Assembly (NCBI RefSeq): GCF_009914755.1
Contig: NC_060939.1
From: the human T2T-CHM13v2.0 reference genome, Homo sapiens
DNA length: 64,000 bases
Reading direction: 5' to 3' (one strand)
Shown: positions 1 to 12,424 of the stretch, piece by piece
Layout: every line of letters begins with the position of its first letter
Numbering within the stretch: the stretch's first letter is position 1
The notes under the pieces: model-generated
What the model was told of the DNA's origin: nothing
Databases searched by the model: none
The model's input: the letters and a program-made list of their open reading frames with translations, nothing else
Position numbers and translations under genes: made by a program

Positions 1-1080
1 ATAATTTTAGGATAACCTTCTGAATTTAGGGGAAGGTAATGCCACCTGTGGTTTTGAGAGAAGTCACATTAATTCTATAGATCCATTTGGAAAATATTGC
101 CAACCTAACAATATTAACCCTTCTAAACAATGAGCATTCAAAGATTTTCTATTAATTTTGTTCAATATATGTTCTATAGTTTTTAGTGTACATATGTTAT
201 ACTTAATTTGATAAGCTTATTCCTGAGTATTTTTGATTCGATCTCAATTGCAACGGTTTTCTGAGTTTTGTTTTTAGATTGTTCATTGCTAGTACAGAGA
301 AATTTAAAATATTTTATATATTTTATATACTGCAAACTTCTTTGAACTCATCTTGAAATTCTAAACATATTTGATTAAAGTCCTTTGGACTTTTTATACA
401 TAAGATCATGTCCTTTGCAAATAGTCAGAGTTTGACTTCCTTTCCATACTAGAAACATTATATTTATTTTTCTAAACGAATTGCCCTGTCTACATTCTCC
501 AGTACAATGTTGCAAACAAATGTCAACAGTGGAAATATTTGACTTGTTTCTAATATCAGAGAAATTAGTGAACCTTTCAGATTACTTATGATGATATGTG
601 AGCTTTTCATAGATGCCCTTTGAAATGAAGAAAGTTCTCTTATCTGCCTGATTTGCTGCATGTTTTTCTAATACTGAATCTGGGAATTTTCAAGTGCTTG
701 TTGCACACCTCCTGAGATGATTGTGTAGTTTTTATTCTTTATTAATATAGTGTATGACATTAACTATATCATTTGTTGAACAAAATTTGCATTCCTGAGG
801 TAAATACCCTTTGCCATAGTGTCTGATACTTTCTACATGTTGCTGATTTCATTTGATAATATCTCCCTGGTGATTTTTGTCTCTGTATTTATAAGGCATA
901 TTGGTCTTCATTTTCCTTATTTGAAATATCTTTGTGTAGTTGTTCAATCAGGGGAAACGAATTCATAGTATACAATGGGAAGTAATCTATTTTCTACTTC
1001 TTTATTATTATTGTATTGTTTTGAAATATTTTTGATAAATTAGTATTAATTTTCTGTGATTTTAATAACACATCAATGAG
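1..1080 (-). mobile_element. Old L1M ORF2 remnant
   Basis: Typical antisense L1 strings, e.g. aagatcatgtcctttgcaaatagtcagagtttgacttcc; paralogous remnants at ~18.3-19.2k, 40.4-41.2k, 44.0-44.6k and 52.9-54.0k. Confidence 0.8.
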
Positions 1081-1084
1081 TTCC

Positions 1085-1278
1085 TGATGAGGGCAGGGAA
1101 GTGAATCCTAAGAACAATCATGTGAGTTTGGAAGGAGACCCTTCCCCAGCTGAGCCTCAGCCTGAGCCATCACCTACATCTAGACCGAAGACCCAGAGAA
1201 ACCGTGAGTAATATGTGTGTGGTTCTGAGCCACTAAGGTATGTACTAATTTGTTATGCACCAAGTAGTAAGTAATATA
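1085..1278 (+). mobile_element. MLT1 (MaLR) LTR 3' fragment, array landmark 1
   Basis: cccagagaaaccgtgagtaat...agccactaag...aatttgttatgca...taatata is the MLT1 3' end signature. Confidence 0.8.
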
Positions 1279-1284
1279 CCTGAC

Positions 1285-1570
1285 AGTAATTGTAAGGTGG
1301 TATTCTGGATTAGGTCCTGGAATAGATAAGTATATGATTATTAGAAAACCTGGTAAAATATGAAGGAAGTTTGTAGATCAGTTAATAGTCTTGAAAAACA
1401 GTTAAATTCTTAGTTTTCATGAATATGCTATGGTTATAATAGATATTCATAGTCTAGTTAGCTGAATGGTATATGAAACTGTCTGTACTTACCTATGTGC
1501 ATTTATGTAAATCTGCAGTTATTTCAAAATAAGTATGTTTTTAAATATTATTATTTTGTTTTTTTTTAAA
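1285..1570 (+). mobile_element. L1MC/L1ME 3' end fragment
   Basis: gtggtattctggattaggtcctggaatag...gaaactgtctgtact...aaataag; repeated after the MLT1 landmark in all five copies. Confidence 0.65.
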
Positions 1571-1976
1571 AAGAAAGCAAGTAAAGACACCAGCAGAAAA
1601 CTTTTGCCTCCAGATACAAGTGGGCATGTAGGGAGAGAATAGTAAACTGGCTTTTCTTTTCTAGGCAACATTCGAAACCCAGGTGCCACTCCTTCAGGAA
1701 GGTACCATCAAGCTCCAAGGACTCTTATCCTCTTTCTCCTTCCCCACTACCTAGTCATTAGAGCGTCAGCATCCACTTCTTGAAAGGAAGATGCCTGTTT
1801 TTCACATATCCCAGAAAGCCCCATTTTAGGACAGCATTTAGCAGAGTATATTCAGGATCCCACTAACCTTTTTGGAAGACATGACTTCCAGATGATATAA
1901 GGCAAGAATAAGAAATTTCAGTGACAGGGAACAGAAATCATATTTCTGCATTCAGGATCATGTTTTCTTGCTACAG

Positions 1977-2160
1977 GGATTTCTTCTTCAAGTAATCCAA
2001 AGACAACTTTACCTTCAAACCTTTCAGAAAACCTGTTCTAATTTAGTTCTCTTCATTCTACAGGCTCCATCAGGAACTGTGCAGGACTGTGCCCTCTGTT
2101 GATACTCACATGGTGGAATTATATTGCCCTTGGCCAACCCTAAAGCCATCAAGATAGCAG
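1977..2160 (+). ncRNA. Putative internal non-coding exon, copy A (alternative acceptor gives 2064-2160)
   Basis: Acceptors tgttttcttgctacag| and ttctcttcattctacag|; donor cag|gtaagc; splice sites conserved in paralogues. Confidence 0.45.
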
Positions 2161-4899
2161 GTAAGCAGAGTACAAAAAATATTTCTAATAGGTTGGTTTA
2201 GGGCACTCCCTGCTTCCAGAGGCCTGGGAATAAATATTTAAAACAGAGTTTTTGCAGGTGAATGATACTGAGTGATATATATATGTTGTGCACAAGAAGA
2301 GAAATCTCAGTAGGAAAACAAAACAAAACAAAACAAAACAAAAAAAACCAGTATACAGCATATCTCCAACCCTCCATGCAGTGATCTGAGAGACAGAAAC
2401 AGGCTGACTGATGACTCTGCATGTGTACTGGCTGCCCACTAATTCTCCTTACAGCTTCCTATTAAGAGGCCATTGCACTCTTCTTAGTAGCAGCAGAGTT
2501 GTTTTCAGGAACCATGCCTAAAAGGCCTACAAAGCCATGGAGGTACATATTAAACTCCCATTGACATCCATAAATCTTGAATAGCATGATGTCACAGGCA
2601 CAGACGACAAAGTGCTGAGCACTGAGTCCCCAGACAAACTTTCACTGCATGGAAAATATGATTTTGCACAGTATCCTAAATCAACAGTTGTATAGAGGCT
2701 GGTCTGGACACCACAAGTCTACAAAAGATGCTATTGCAAACAAACCACATTTTTAGACGACATCATGAGGCAAACCGAGTGCTCTGTCTCCACACTCTAA
2801 CCTGATAAGAAGATTGAGTTCAAGGAAGGAATGTCTCACATATGTAATGGCATGGCTTTGTGTTTACTTAATTCAACCTTCCCGGAGTCTAAAACTCAGG
2901 TGAAATTTCAGTCAACTCCCTTAACTCTGACTGTATGAGTTTTTTCGTTACTCAGTGTACTCATGAGGGGACACCGAAACCAATTCCAATATCCCAGTAC
3001 CCAAAGTAGAGTTGACCAGAGTAGCAAGGGGACGGATCAAAATATCTTATAAAGACCATTATGCATTCACTTCTGCAGTGACTAATCATAAGGTGATTTC
3101 TACGATCACCAGCCATGTGATTAAAAGGACAAATGTGAATGAAGAAAAAGATATACAAATGTTACAGCTGAAAGAATGGAATCTGTAATGAAGTTTACAG
3201 GAAGCGTTGCTCATATTTCTAAGATTACAGTTTAAAGTTTCAAACTACAGCTTTTTCCAGGTCTTTAGAGAGCTACCATGCCAGTGAATTTTTCAAGTAG
3301 CTCTTTACAATTTTCATCTTTGTCTTCAATGGATTTCTTAAACCATGGTTCATAGAACTATATTTCCATATGTGACATAAGAATTCTAGTACTCCACTAA
3401 TAACTCTAATGTGTCTAAAATTATAAATGCAGTTTATAACACCTCTCTGGACACTCACTTTAATGAGAAGTGGACAGACTGGACTTCCCTAATGGAGGAC
3501 AGTGGTGAAGCTCCCAGGTAGAATATAAATACAGTGTATAAATTTATGTGATAAGATTTAAGCATATTTCCTCAATAACAAACAAGAGTGTAGCCAATGA
3601 GCCACCATAATTTAACACTGACAAATGAGCAGTCACAGAGAAAACAGTGTATTCCATTCATCGTAGAGTGCACATTTTCACATCTATCAAATACAGATGC
3701 ATCTTAAATTTGAAAGCGTTAAAACACTGTTGACGGGAAGGCAGTCATAATGTGATTGTCCTCATTTACCTGTATATGAGCTTGGTCTGCAAACCTCCTG
3801 TCGATGTTTTTGGGTGATTTCATCAACATCAGCATCAAATCTTGCACAGGAAGTTTCAGAAAGTTGAAAATATAACCTCGCAGAAGCAACGTAGGAATAT
3901 CACAGGAAATGCAGCATCACCAAAGCTTCAGATTAGCACCAATGATGATAACATGGGGAACATCATGAGCAAGATGAATTGAAGAGTGATTCAGGAGAGT
4001 TGGATTTGAATAGGAGAAAATTTAGGAAAACCTTTGTTGGTGTATTTTCCTTATATGTTCCATCCCATGTAATCATAGGAGTGACAAAAGACAAGACAAA
4101 TATCCACATATATATGTCTTGAAAACAGCTTTTTTCCACTAATTATAATATAATGATGTTATTATTATACAGTGTATTTCCACATGATGAAAGTATTAGT
4201 TCCGTTGTTAGTGGTTTTGTTCTTTCATTCTGATATAGGAAATAATGACATGTTACAACTGATGCAATTGATACATCTCACAATTTATTAGAATATTTAT
4301 TTTTGGGCTTAGTGTAGGCTTAGTAATATACTACATGATTTATATGTTATCATTTCATACAGTCCACCTGCCATCTCAGGAAGTAAGCACTACTCCTGCT
4401 CCTCTGGTCCATTTCCAAGTCTGAGCTAACTCTCGAAAGGAGAGGCCTAAAGGAACCTTGAGTTTGATTCTATATGCCCCACAGTCTTTGCTCACATCAA
4501 CTACATAGAATATGTTTTGTCTTACATGGTAAATGCTTTTCAGGTCTAGTTTCAGGCAGCTTAGCCTACCTCGTGGTCTTGAAGTTATTTTCCTGAATTG
4601 TGTTCTGTATATTCTACTAAATATTTTTATATTTATGTCTATGAACCAAGTATAATTAATTTTGTGTGTAATGTCAGGTCATAGGTCAGATTCTAATTTC
4701 TCCCTGTGGATATTCAATACCCTGGAACATTTTAATAAAAATCCAAGTTTCCCCCATGCAGCAACTTAAATATATGCTTATATATGCATATGTCTGTTTT
4801 TTTAAGTTATTGATTGTTTATTCTGTCTCTGTGCAAATACCACACTCTTATTATTAAGAGAGTCTATTCAAGAATTTTCTCTCTAGAGATCGTTCTTTT

Positions 4900-5197
4900 C
4901 CTTCTTTTTTAAGAGATAATTTTGTTCTGTCACACCAACTGGGGTACAGTGGCACAAACATGGAACACATTCTGTGTGTGAGCTGCTGGACTCAAGTGAT
5001 CCTCCCCGCTCAGCCTCCTGAGTAGCTGGGACTACAGGTGCAAGCCACCATGCCCGGCTAATTTTTAATTCTTTTTAATGGAGAGGAGGTCTCTCTCTGT
5101 TGCCCAGACTGATCTAGAACTCCTGGCCTTAAGCAATCCACCCTCCTTAGTCTCCCAAAGCGTAGGAATTGCAAGCGTGATCCATTGTGCCTGGCCC
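4900..5197 (-). mobile_element. Degenerate AluJ-like element, shared with 58155-58455
   Basis: Antisense Alu motifs; same position and same aberrant internal segment in copy E. Confidence 0.9.
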
Positions 5198-5399
5198 AGG
5201 GCCTGTTCTTTTAACCACTGAGCTGCTCTATAATGAGGTGAAAGAAGTTCAGACGTGCATGCCTTGCACCTACAGCAATCCTTTCAGCTGTACCTTGAAT
5301 GAGGCTGTGGATATACAACTTTAGAACGTTGCTATTGACTCTGAAATCTCTACGTCCTTGTGAATCTTAGGCAGTCTCCCAACACCACTACCCACTTTA

Positions 5400-5617
5400 T
5401 GTATTCAGTATCTTAGACAACAGCCAATGTTGTTGAAAACCTGGAGAGGCAGCCTTGGCTCCCTCCTGCCCTGCTGTAGATGATTCTGTAAACAGAGTCC
5501 CCCTCCAGACCATGCCCAACAGAGGCAGGTTCACAGGGGAGCCTCTGAGCTCAGAGCCTCTCTGGGGGCTCTGCATGCACAAGGACAGCAGCTCCCTGCC
5601 TTAGTTGTGGGGTGAGG
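5400..5617 (+). promoter_or_regulatory. GC-richer first-exon/promoter-like module, copy A
   Basis: gaaaacctggag...cctccagaccatg...ctctgagctcagag...tgcatgcac...gg|gtgagg (donor at 5612); paralogues at ~24830, ~25255 and ~58990. Confidence 0.45.
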
Positions 5618-6850
5618 TAGGGAATTTAAGTCTTTTAAAAAAGGCTGAGTTTGTTCAAAAATGATTCTGCTTCCTGACCAATGACACCTTAAGACTTTAG
5701 ATTTTACATTGTGATATTTCTCCTTGATTTTGATTTAATTTGTTGTGCAAATGTCTTAAACACTTGTGTATAAGTATTCTCTTTTTTTTGGTCATGTAAA
5801 CATCATCTAAAACCAAATATTTATTTTTGTATCATAGTTTTAAGGCCTTTATTTCTCTATTTTAAAAATGCATTCATAATTATTTTTCAGTGAACCGTAT
5901 CAATTATTTTCATCTTTACTCCTATTTCTCTTTCATAAATTGAACGTTAATATCACTTTTATTAGAAGTGGCAGACGTTACACATTCTGTTTTATGATTT
6001 TCCAGAAATTTCCTCTTACATAGCTCTGGTTACAAAGAAGGACAGAAACTATTCTGTAAGCCACAAGGCAAAATTGTCCCACAATAAAAAGATCTTCTTA
6101 TGCTTAAAAAGATCTGTCAAACTTTCTATTCTTTGGCTGTTTGCTGTACATGTGAAAGGTTAACAAGTTATTGATTTGTGTGGCAGGAAAGTTAGACTTC
6201 ACATATGAATGCAAGGAGTAACCTCTCCTTAACCATGCAGGTGTGAACTTCATGATGTTGTTTCATTTTCTCCTTGTACAAAAGATGTAGACATTGACTG
6301 GACTCCATAATTCCTTCCACCTCACCTCCGTGTACGTGTACATGACAGTTCTCTGTATGGATCACCCATTCTATTAGATATGAAGTATTTTCTTATTTTT
6401 GATGAGTGATGATTAAACTCGTTTTTAGTTCTCAGACATATAAAAAATACCAGTTAGAAAATGTGTACATCATGTGCTGTAATCAGAAAATATTTTTGTG
6501 CCATTAGCTTACAAAAAGGAATTTCAATCTTTTATTTATTATCATTTTCATCTGGTTTAATAGTCTCAAAAGGTTTTCATGCTTCTGAATTTTTTAGATT
6601 TTACTTTGTTGTCTTAGTCAAAACTTAGACAAAGATTGGAGACATTTGTTCAAGATGTGTGAGACATAAGCAATCAACACAGCAAAACATTGGTATTTCA
6701 TGGGAATATGTAATAATAGATGGGCACTTGCCCTGCTAGGTGTGGCAGCAGTCAGTGTCTGTGGGATTCAGTGCTGTAAACAGAATTGACAGATCCTGCT
6801 TTAAGGAAAAAAGTGCCCCTCATCTGTCGTATTACAGCCTGGCACCATTT

Positions 6851-7615
6851 TGTTACCAAACCCAGGTTTGGCCATGGCTACTTCCAAAATCAAATAACAG
6901 AAGGGTAGTAAAAAGAAAGTCACTGGCCGGGCGTGGTGGCTCACATCTGTAATCCCAGCACTTTGGGAGGCCGAGGCAGGATGATCACCTGAGTACAGGA
7001 GTTCAAGACCAGCCTGGGCAATATGGCAAAACCCTGTCTCTACTAAAAGTACAAAAATTAGCTGGGCACACTCTCGTGTGCCTGTAATCCCAGCTACTGG
7101 GGAGAGAGAGAGACTCCTTCTCCAAAAAAAAAAAAAGTCACTTTATTTCCAGAGCTTAGCAATGTGGAAGGGCTGGATTCATATCTAAAGGAACCATATA
7201 TGTTTTCTGGGCAGAAAACAGGATTTTAAGAAGAAATATTGGCAAGCAGGGCACGCAGAAGGGTTCTGGAGGTGTAGGATCTACATTACTTGCTGGATGA
7301 CTTATCTCTAGTCTTGGGTCATTCGTTAGCCTGCCCAGCATCACTGGGGAAAGAGTCAGGTTGTGGATTAACTGATGTCTTGAGACAATCTCTCTATGGA
7401 GGAGAATTCTGGTGGATGCTTATTTTCGTTCAAGATTTGGTAATTTCTAAACAAACATATATTTAGCTAAGCTGACAGTGCTTGCTGGTGGTTTGGCTGG
7501 TGGAAAGGAAGGAGGGAAAAGTTTGAATTTGCATTTCTAAGGAGCTAAGTAAGACATGAACACACAGGAAAAAGAAAAACTAAATATTTTTAAAGGAAAA
7601 TGAAGTACTTGTTTA
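6851..7615 (-). mobile_element. ERV1 (MER4-group-like) 3' LTR, interrupted by an Alu
   Basis: Starts tgttacc (CA terminus on the minus strand), abuts a PPT-like tract and the env remnant; the empty site is visible in copy C after ggcaccatt (42350). Confidence 0.75.
6925..7135 (+). mobile_element. Alu with internal deletion of the right arm, shared with 60501-60712
   Basis: ggccgggcgtggtggctcac start; TSD aaagtcact; cagctact joined directly to the Alu 3' end. Confidence 0.95.
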
Positions 7616-7699
7616 CAACACCCCACTGTCAAATTCCACTTTATTTTTATTCAATTGGAGCATCATATTCATTTGGTCTGCTTCCTACTGAAAGGGGTC

Positions 7700-8290
7700 T
7701 TGTTATAGAGCATTAGAATGGAATCTGTGTACCTGAAGTTGGAAATATTCTTGAGTTTTCAGCAGGAACTTACTGTGCATATATGGTGTGAGGATCCAAG
7801 AATTTCTGAGAATGATTTCCTGCATCTCCATGCAGAATGAACAAGAGAAATAAAGTTCATAGCAGCTGAAGAGGGCATTTAACAGTATTAATAATATATA
7901 TAAAAGTATTTTATGCACCAGGAAGCCGACTAAATCATGGTGCCATAGAGTCCTGACAGAGGGCATCTATAGCAGAAATATGGGTATCTACATGCATAGC
8001 TTGGGTTATAATGTGAGAAGAATCTGGTGTGTGTGTCTCTGTGTGTGTGTGTGTGTGTGTATGTGTGTAAAATGGTCAGCCTTAATGAATGCAGAAGTGC
8101 CACCCTGGGCTGCGGTGAAGATATCTAAAGCCATATGATTTAAAGACATCATGAGATTAGACATAGCATTAGTTTGCTTGTGCATGTCTTTTAGGGCTGA
8201 GGATGTTTCTGGAGTTATCCAGGAAGTACACACAGCATTTAGTCTTAATTATAGTGCAAAGCCCCAAATGTCAGTTGTACCCAGAGCTCC
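7700..8290 (-). pseudogene. Retroviral env TM remnant, copy A
   Basis: CTIIKTKCC (CX6CC), MALDIFTAAQGGT (immunosuppressive-domain-like) and hydrophobic KILLYILLILLNALFSC; frameshifted. Confidence 0.85.
8027..8088. repeat. (TG)n microsatellite inside env
   Basis: Direct; paralogue at 61606-61647. Confidence 0.95.
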
Positions 8291-9613
8291 TGTGGAGATA
8301 TGAGGACAAGTTGGTTAACTATACGTACTTAATAGGCCACAGGAGAAGTTGTAAATATTCATGAAGGTGGTCCTGACCCATGTGTCTTAACAAATATCCA
8401 TGCAACAGATAACATATTTATTTTGGAGCAGAGACTTAACTTTTAAATGTGTTATAATTATGCTCTGTATTTAAAAAGTTCTTTTGAGGACAAAGACATA
8501 CAAGTGTCCATTTACTGTAAACCGGCCAAAACTACTTTATGGTGAGTGATCTTTTATCAGGGTAACTTACCGAAATTGGTCTCTTGTCTACTTCAATCTG
8601 TAGTTATGGCTGGTTGAACAGTGGCTGGGGTCAGTCAGTCAGCTTATCTTGAGGCTAGTGCTTGCTTGGCTACTAGAGAAACACAGAAACCTTGTGGCAG
8701 TTGTAAACATAGTCTGCTTTTTTTAAAGTGTAGGAATGTGTGTCTTAACTCTTGCCTGGCATGTTCTTAGGTCCTGTTCATAATTTGGTATTTTATTGTT
8801 ATAAAGAGTCTGTTTTACAGTTTTTATTATAACATTAATGCTGATCAGTTGTGCCTAAATTCCCATAATGGGAGGAAGGTGTAGTGAAGCTTGTTCAACA
8901 CCCCTCTTGTTGTCATGGCCTGAATTAGTTTTTCAGGTTGCTTTGGCTAACATGGGTGTAGGGAGTGTCCATGAAGTTGGTGGGGGCTTAGGACTTTATT
9001 TTATAGTTTATATTCTCGTTTTTTGTCAAGGTATGCCAGTGGCAGTATGGGTAGCCACACTTTTATTTTCTCTCATGTCAATGGCAGAGCGGCGTGCTAC
9101 CTGACCTGTGTCCATCATGTTCCTTGGTGCGACCACTATGGCCAAGGGACTTAGAATCAAAAGCCTTATATCCAATTAAATGTTGTAGGCCAGACTGGAA
9201 TGAATGTGGGCAGGCAGTCATTAATCCTTAAAACCCCTTTTAAGCAATGTAAGAGCCAAAAACTAAAAGTCAAAAGGTAAGTTTATATAACTGAATTGTC
9301 TCTGAATTTTATGCATTGAGCTGTTGTAATCTTGGCTTATAGGAACTATAGCTATACAAAACATAAGTATTTTATTTAGCTGTTTAGGCATCTGTATGCC
9401 CATCCTTTATTTGGGGGGTCTGAATTAATTTTATTCCACAAGAACTGGCCCTTACAATCTCATGCATTCGTATCTTCCATGATAGTCCCTTGGTCTGGAG
9501 AAATTGAACCGTTGTAAATTCTGGATATATTAATAAAACAAAATATTCACCGTTAACAACATTGTAAGCAAAAATGCCATAAGCCTTGTCTTGTCCTAAG
9601 AGTGACAGGACTG

Positions 9614-9876
<263 letters not shown>

Positions 9877-11674
9877 CTATAGGTAGATAAACATTTAAAT
9901 TATTTAGTATTAAAGCACAGAATAAATTATATTTCATATATTTCTATTTCAGATAGAAGGAAAATTATTAAATAAAGTATAATACAGGCGTGTCCCTGTG
10001 TTGCATGAAAGCAGTGTACTTTGATTATTGCCTTTGCTTGAGTCTAAAGATGAGGCTTTGGTTAAGTTGAGTTTGATGTTACATGGTGGCAGGAGTCTGT
10101 GTCTTCTTTAGAGGAGCTACATGTATCCAGGAGTCAATTCCTTGTACCTTAACACCACAAAGATTAGTTAATAGCACCTGATAAGAACTTCTTCAGGGGT
10201 GTTGGAGGTGGTGATACACTTCACAGTGATTAATGTTTTTTAGCTTTGATAAGCCCCAGCAATAAGTCAGAGACTTAATTTAGGATTCAGTTTTGGAGAT
10301 GTCTGTGAAAGATGTTAGAAAGCTTAAAATATTTGATCAAAACTAAACCACAGGACCTTGTAAAACAATAGTTATTCATTTAACCAAAGTGATCGTTGAA
10401 AGACTTTAAAGGCAATAGAAAAAGTTACACGGGTATAAAATCCTTACTCCTCTCAAATTTCAGGGTTTTTTTTAAAAGCAATTAAAAACTTAATAAAGGC
10501 AGCATAGGAACTATCTTGATAAAATATAAAATCTTGCTTCTTAAGCCAGTTGACAAAAAGTCAAAGGAAAACCTTTTTTAGTGTGTCTGCCTCTCTTTAG
10601 AAGAAAGCCCATTTAGATAATCTGGAAGTACAACTTAAGATAAAAAGTGTTTGAATTTAATCAAACATGGGAAGAGTGTGTACAAGGTTTTGAATAGAAC
10701 TGGGGAATACATGACTCTTAGTAGCTGCATGATAAGTTTCCTGATTACAGTGAAAATTTAGACACACCAAAAACAACAACAACAAAAAACCCCAAAGGTA
10801 TAGAATCAGGTTATCCTGGAGGAACACATTTCTTTTATAGACCTCTAAGATAAAATATTTCAGCATCAGCCACAACAACATTTAGAAGTAAGGAGAAAAG
10901 TTACAGGAACTGACAAGAAGCTGAAGGATAGAGTTATCATCCCAGGCCACATCAAAGGGAGAAAAAGCTGATAGCAGCAAGACAACAATTGAACATTTGA
11001 GATATGAATCTCAGAAGTTTTCAAAAGAAGTGGATTTTAGAATAGAAAATCTAAATTTATTGTAATTAAGAGTAAATTGATACCTTAATAAAATCTCGAT
11101 TTAAACTAGGGGATCATTCTTTAGAAAGGCTATTATTAACAATTCCTTTTAAATTATGGCTAACTTAATTGCATACAAAATTTCTTCTATACTGGCTCAG
11201 TTGTGAGAATTGAGTGAGGTTCTATGAGTCTCTGGTTTTTAGGATTTGAGGCAGAATCTTGTTCATTTGATCTAAAGATTTTCTGCTTCTTCAAATCCAG
11301 TAAGCATTTAGTAGGTTACCTGTGTACTTCAATTCCAAGAACACTGTTATAAACTAGCTAGCAACATAAATCTATAGGAATCAGATGAAACTGATTGTTG
11401 CTTTGCCTTTGCTGTCCATTGACATAGCTATGCCAACCTTGCCTTTGAAGATTGAGTGTTGCTACTTGCTCCCAAGATTCCCTGAAACCCAGTTATTCCC
11501 ATTGCATTTTGATTTTCCAATTGGTGTACTGTGGTTTCTATATTAAGGTCTGGCCTACAGAGAAGAGAGATCAGGGAGCTCTTCAGTTGTACCCAGCCTC
11601 CCCACACAAATCCACCTAACAAAGTCCTGATAAACAGTATGTTTTCTGAGTCTATCAATATGGGTAAGTTGCAT

Positions 11675-11972
11675 TTATTTATTTATTTATTTAGAGACAG
11701 TCTCACTTTTATTGCCCAGCCTGGAGTGCAGTGGCATGATCTCAGCTCACTGCAACCTCTGCCTCCTCGATTGAAACCATCCTCCTGCCTCAGCCTCCTG
11801 AGTAGCCGGGGCAACAGGTGTGTGCCACCATGTCTGGCTAATTTTTGTAGTTTTTTGTAGAGGTGGAGTTTCACCATGTTGGCAAGGCTGGTCTTAAACT
11901 CCTGACCTGAACTGATGGACCTGTCTGTGCTTCCGAAAGTGGTGGGATTACAGGCATGAGCCACCATGCCCT
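11675..11972 (-). mobile_element. Alu
   Basis: Full dimer, antisense, with (ttta)n tail. Confidence 0.95.
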
Positions 11973-12251
11973 GCTGTAAGTGGCTTTTAAATGGCAAATC
12001 CATTCTAGCATTCCTATCTCCCCAGGCCTATGAATTCCTTCATCCAACATAATACAGGGAAGATGGGGGAGTCACCGACTTGCTCATGGTCATACATCTG
12101 TTGAAGTATATTTCAGCCAACCAGTCATAACACTACTAATACCATCCTTAAATACCCAAGCTGCAACATTAAACCGGAATATCTGCTTAATGGCCCCATA
12201 TCATTAAATTTGGACTGATTCAAGTTTATATTCCTTCTACTGTTATCAACA

Positions 12252-12424
12252 CTTTTTTTTTCTTGTTTTGGTTTCTTACAGATGAGGTCTTGTTCTTTTG
12301 GCCAGGCTGGAGTGCAGTGGTACAGTCGTGACTCACTGCAGCTTCAAACACCTGGGTTCCAGCATTCATCCCACTTCAGCCTCCCGTGTAGCCGGGACTA
12401 CAGGTACAAGCCACCACACCCAGC
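12252..12424 (-). mobile_element. Alu monomer / AluJ fragment
   Basis: ccaggctggagtgcagtgg...ccaccacacccagcta. Confidence 0.9.

Noticed and set aside
1195-1215. gtgagt donor-like motif at several MLT1 landmarks
   Set aside because: Intrinsic MLT1 sequence; retention does not show exon use.
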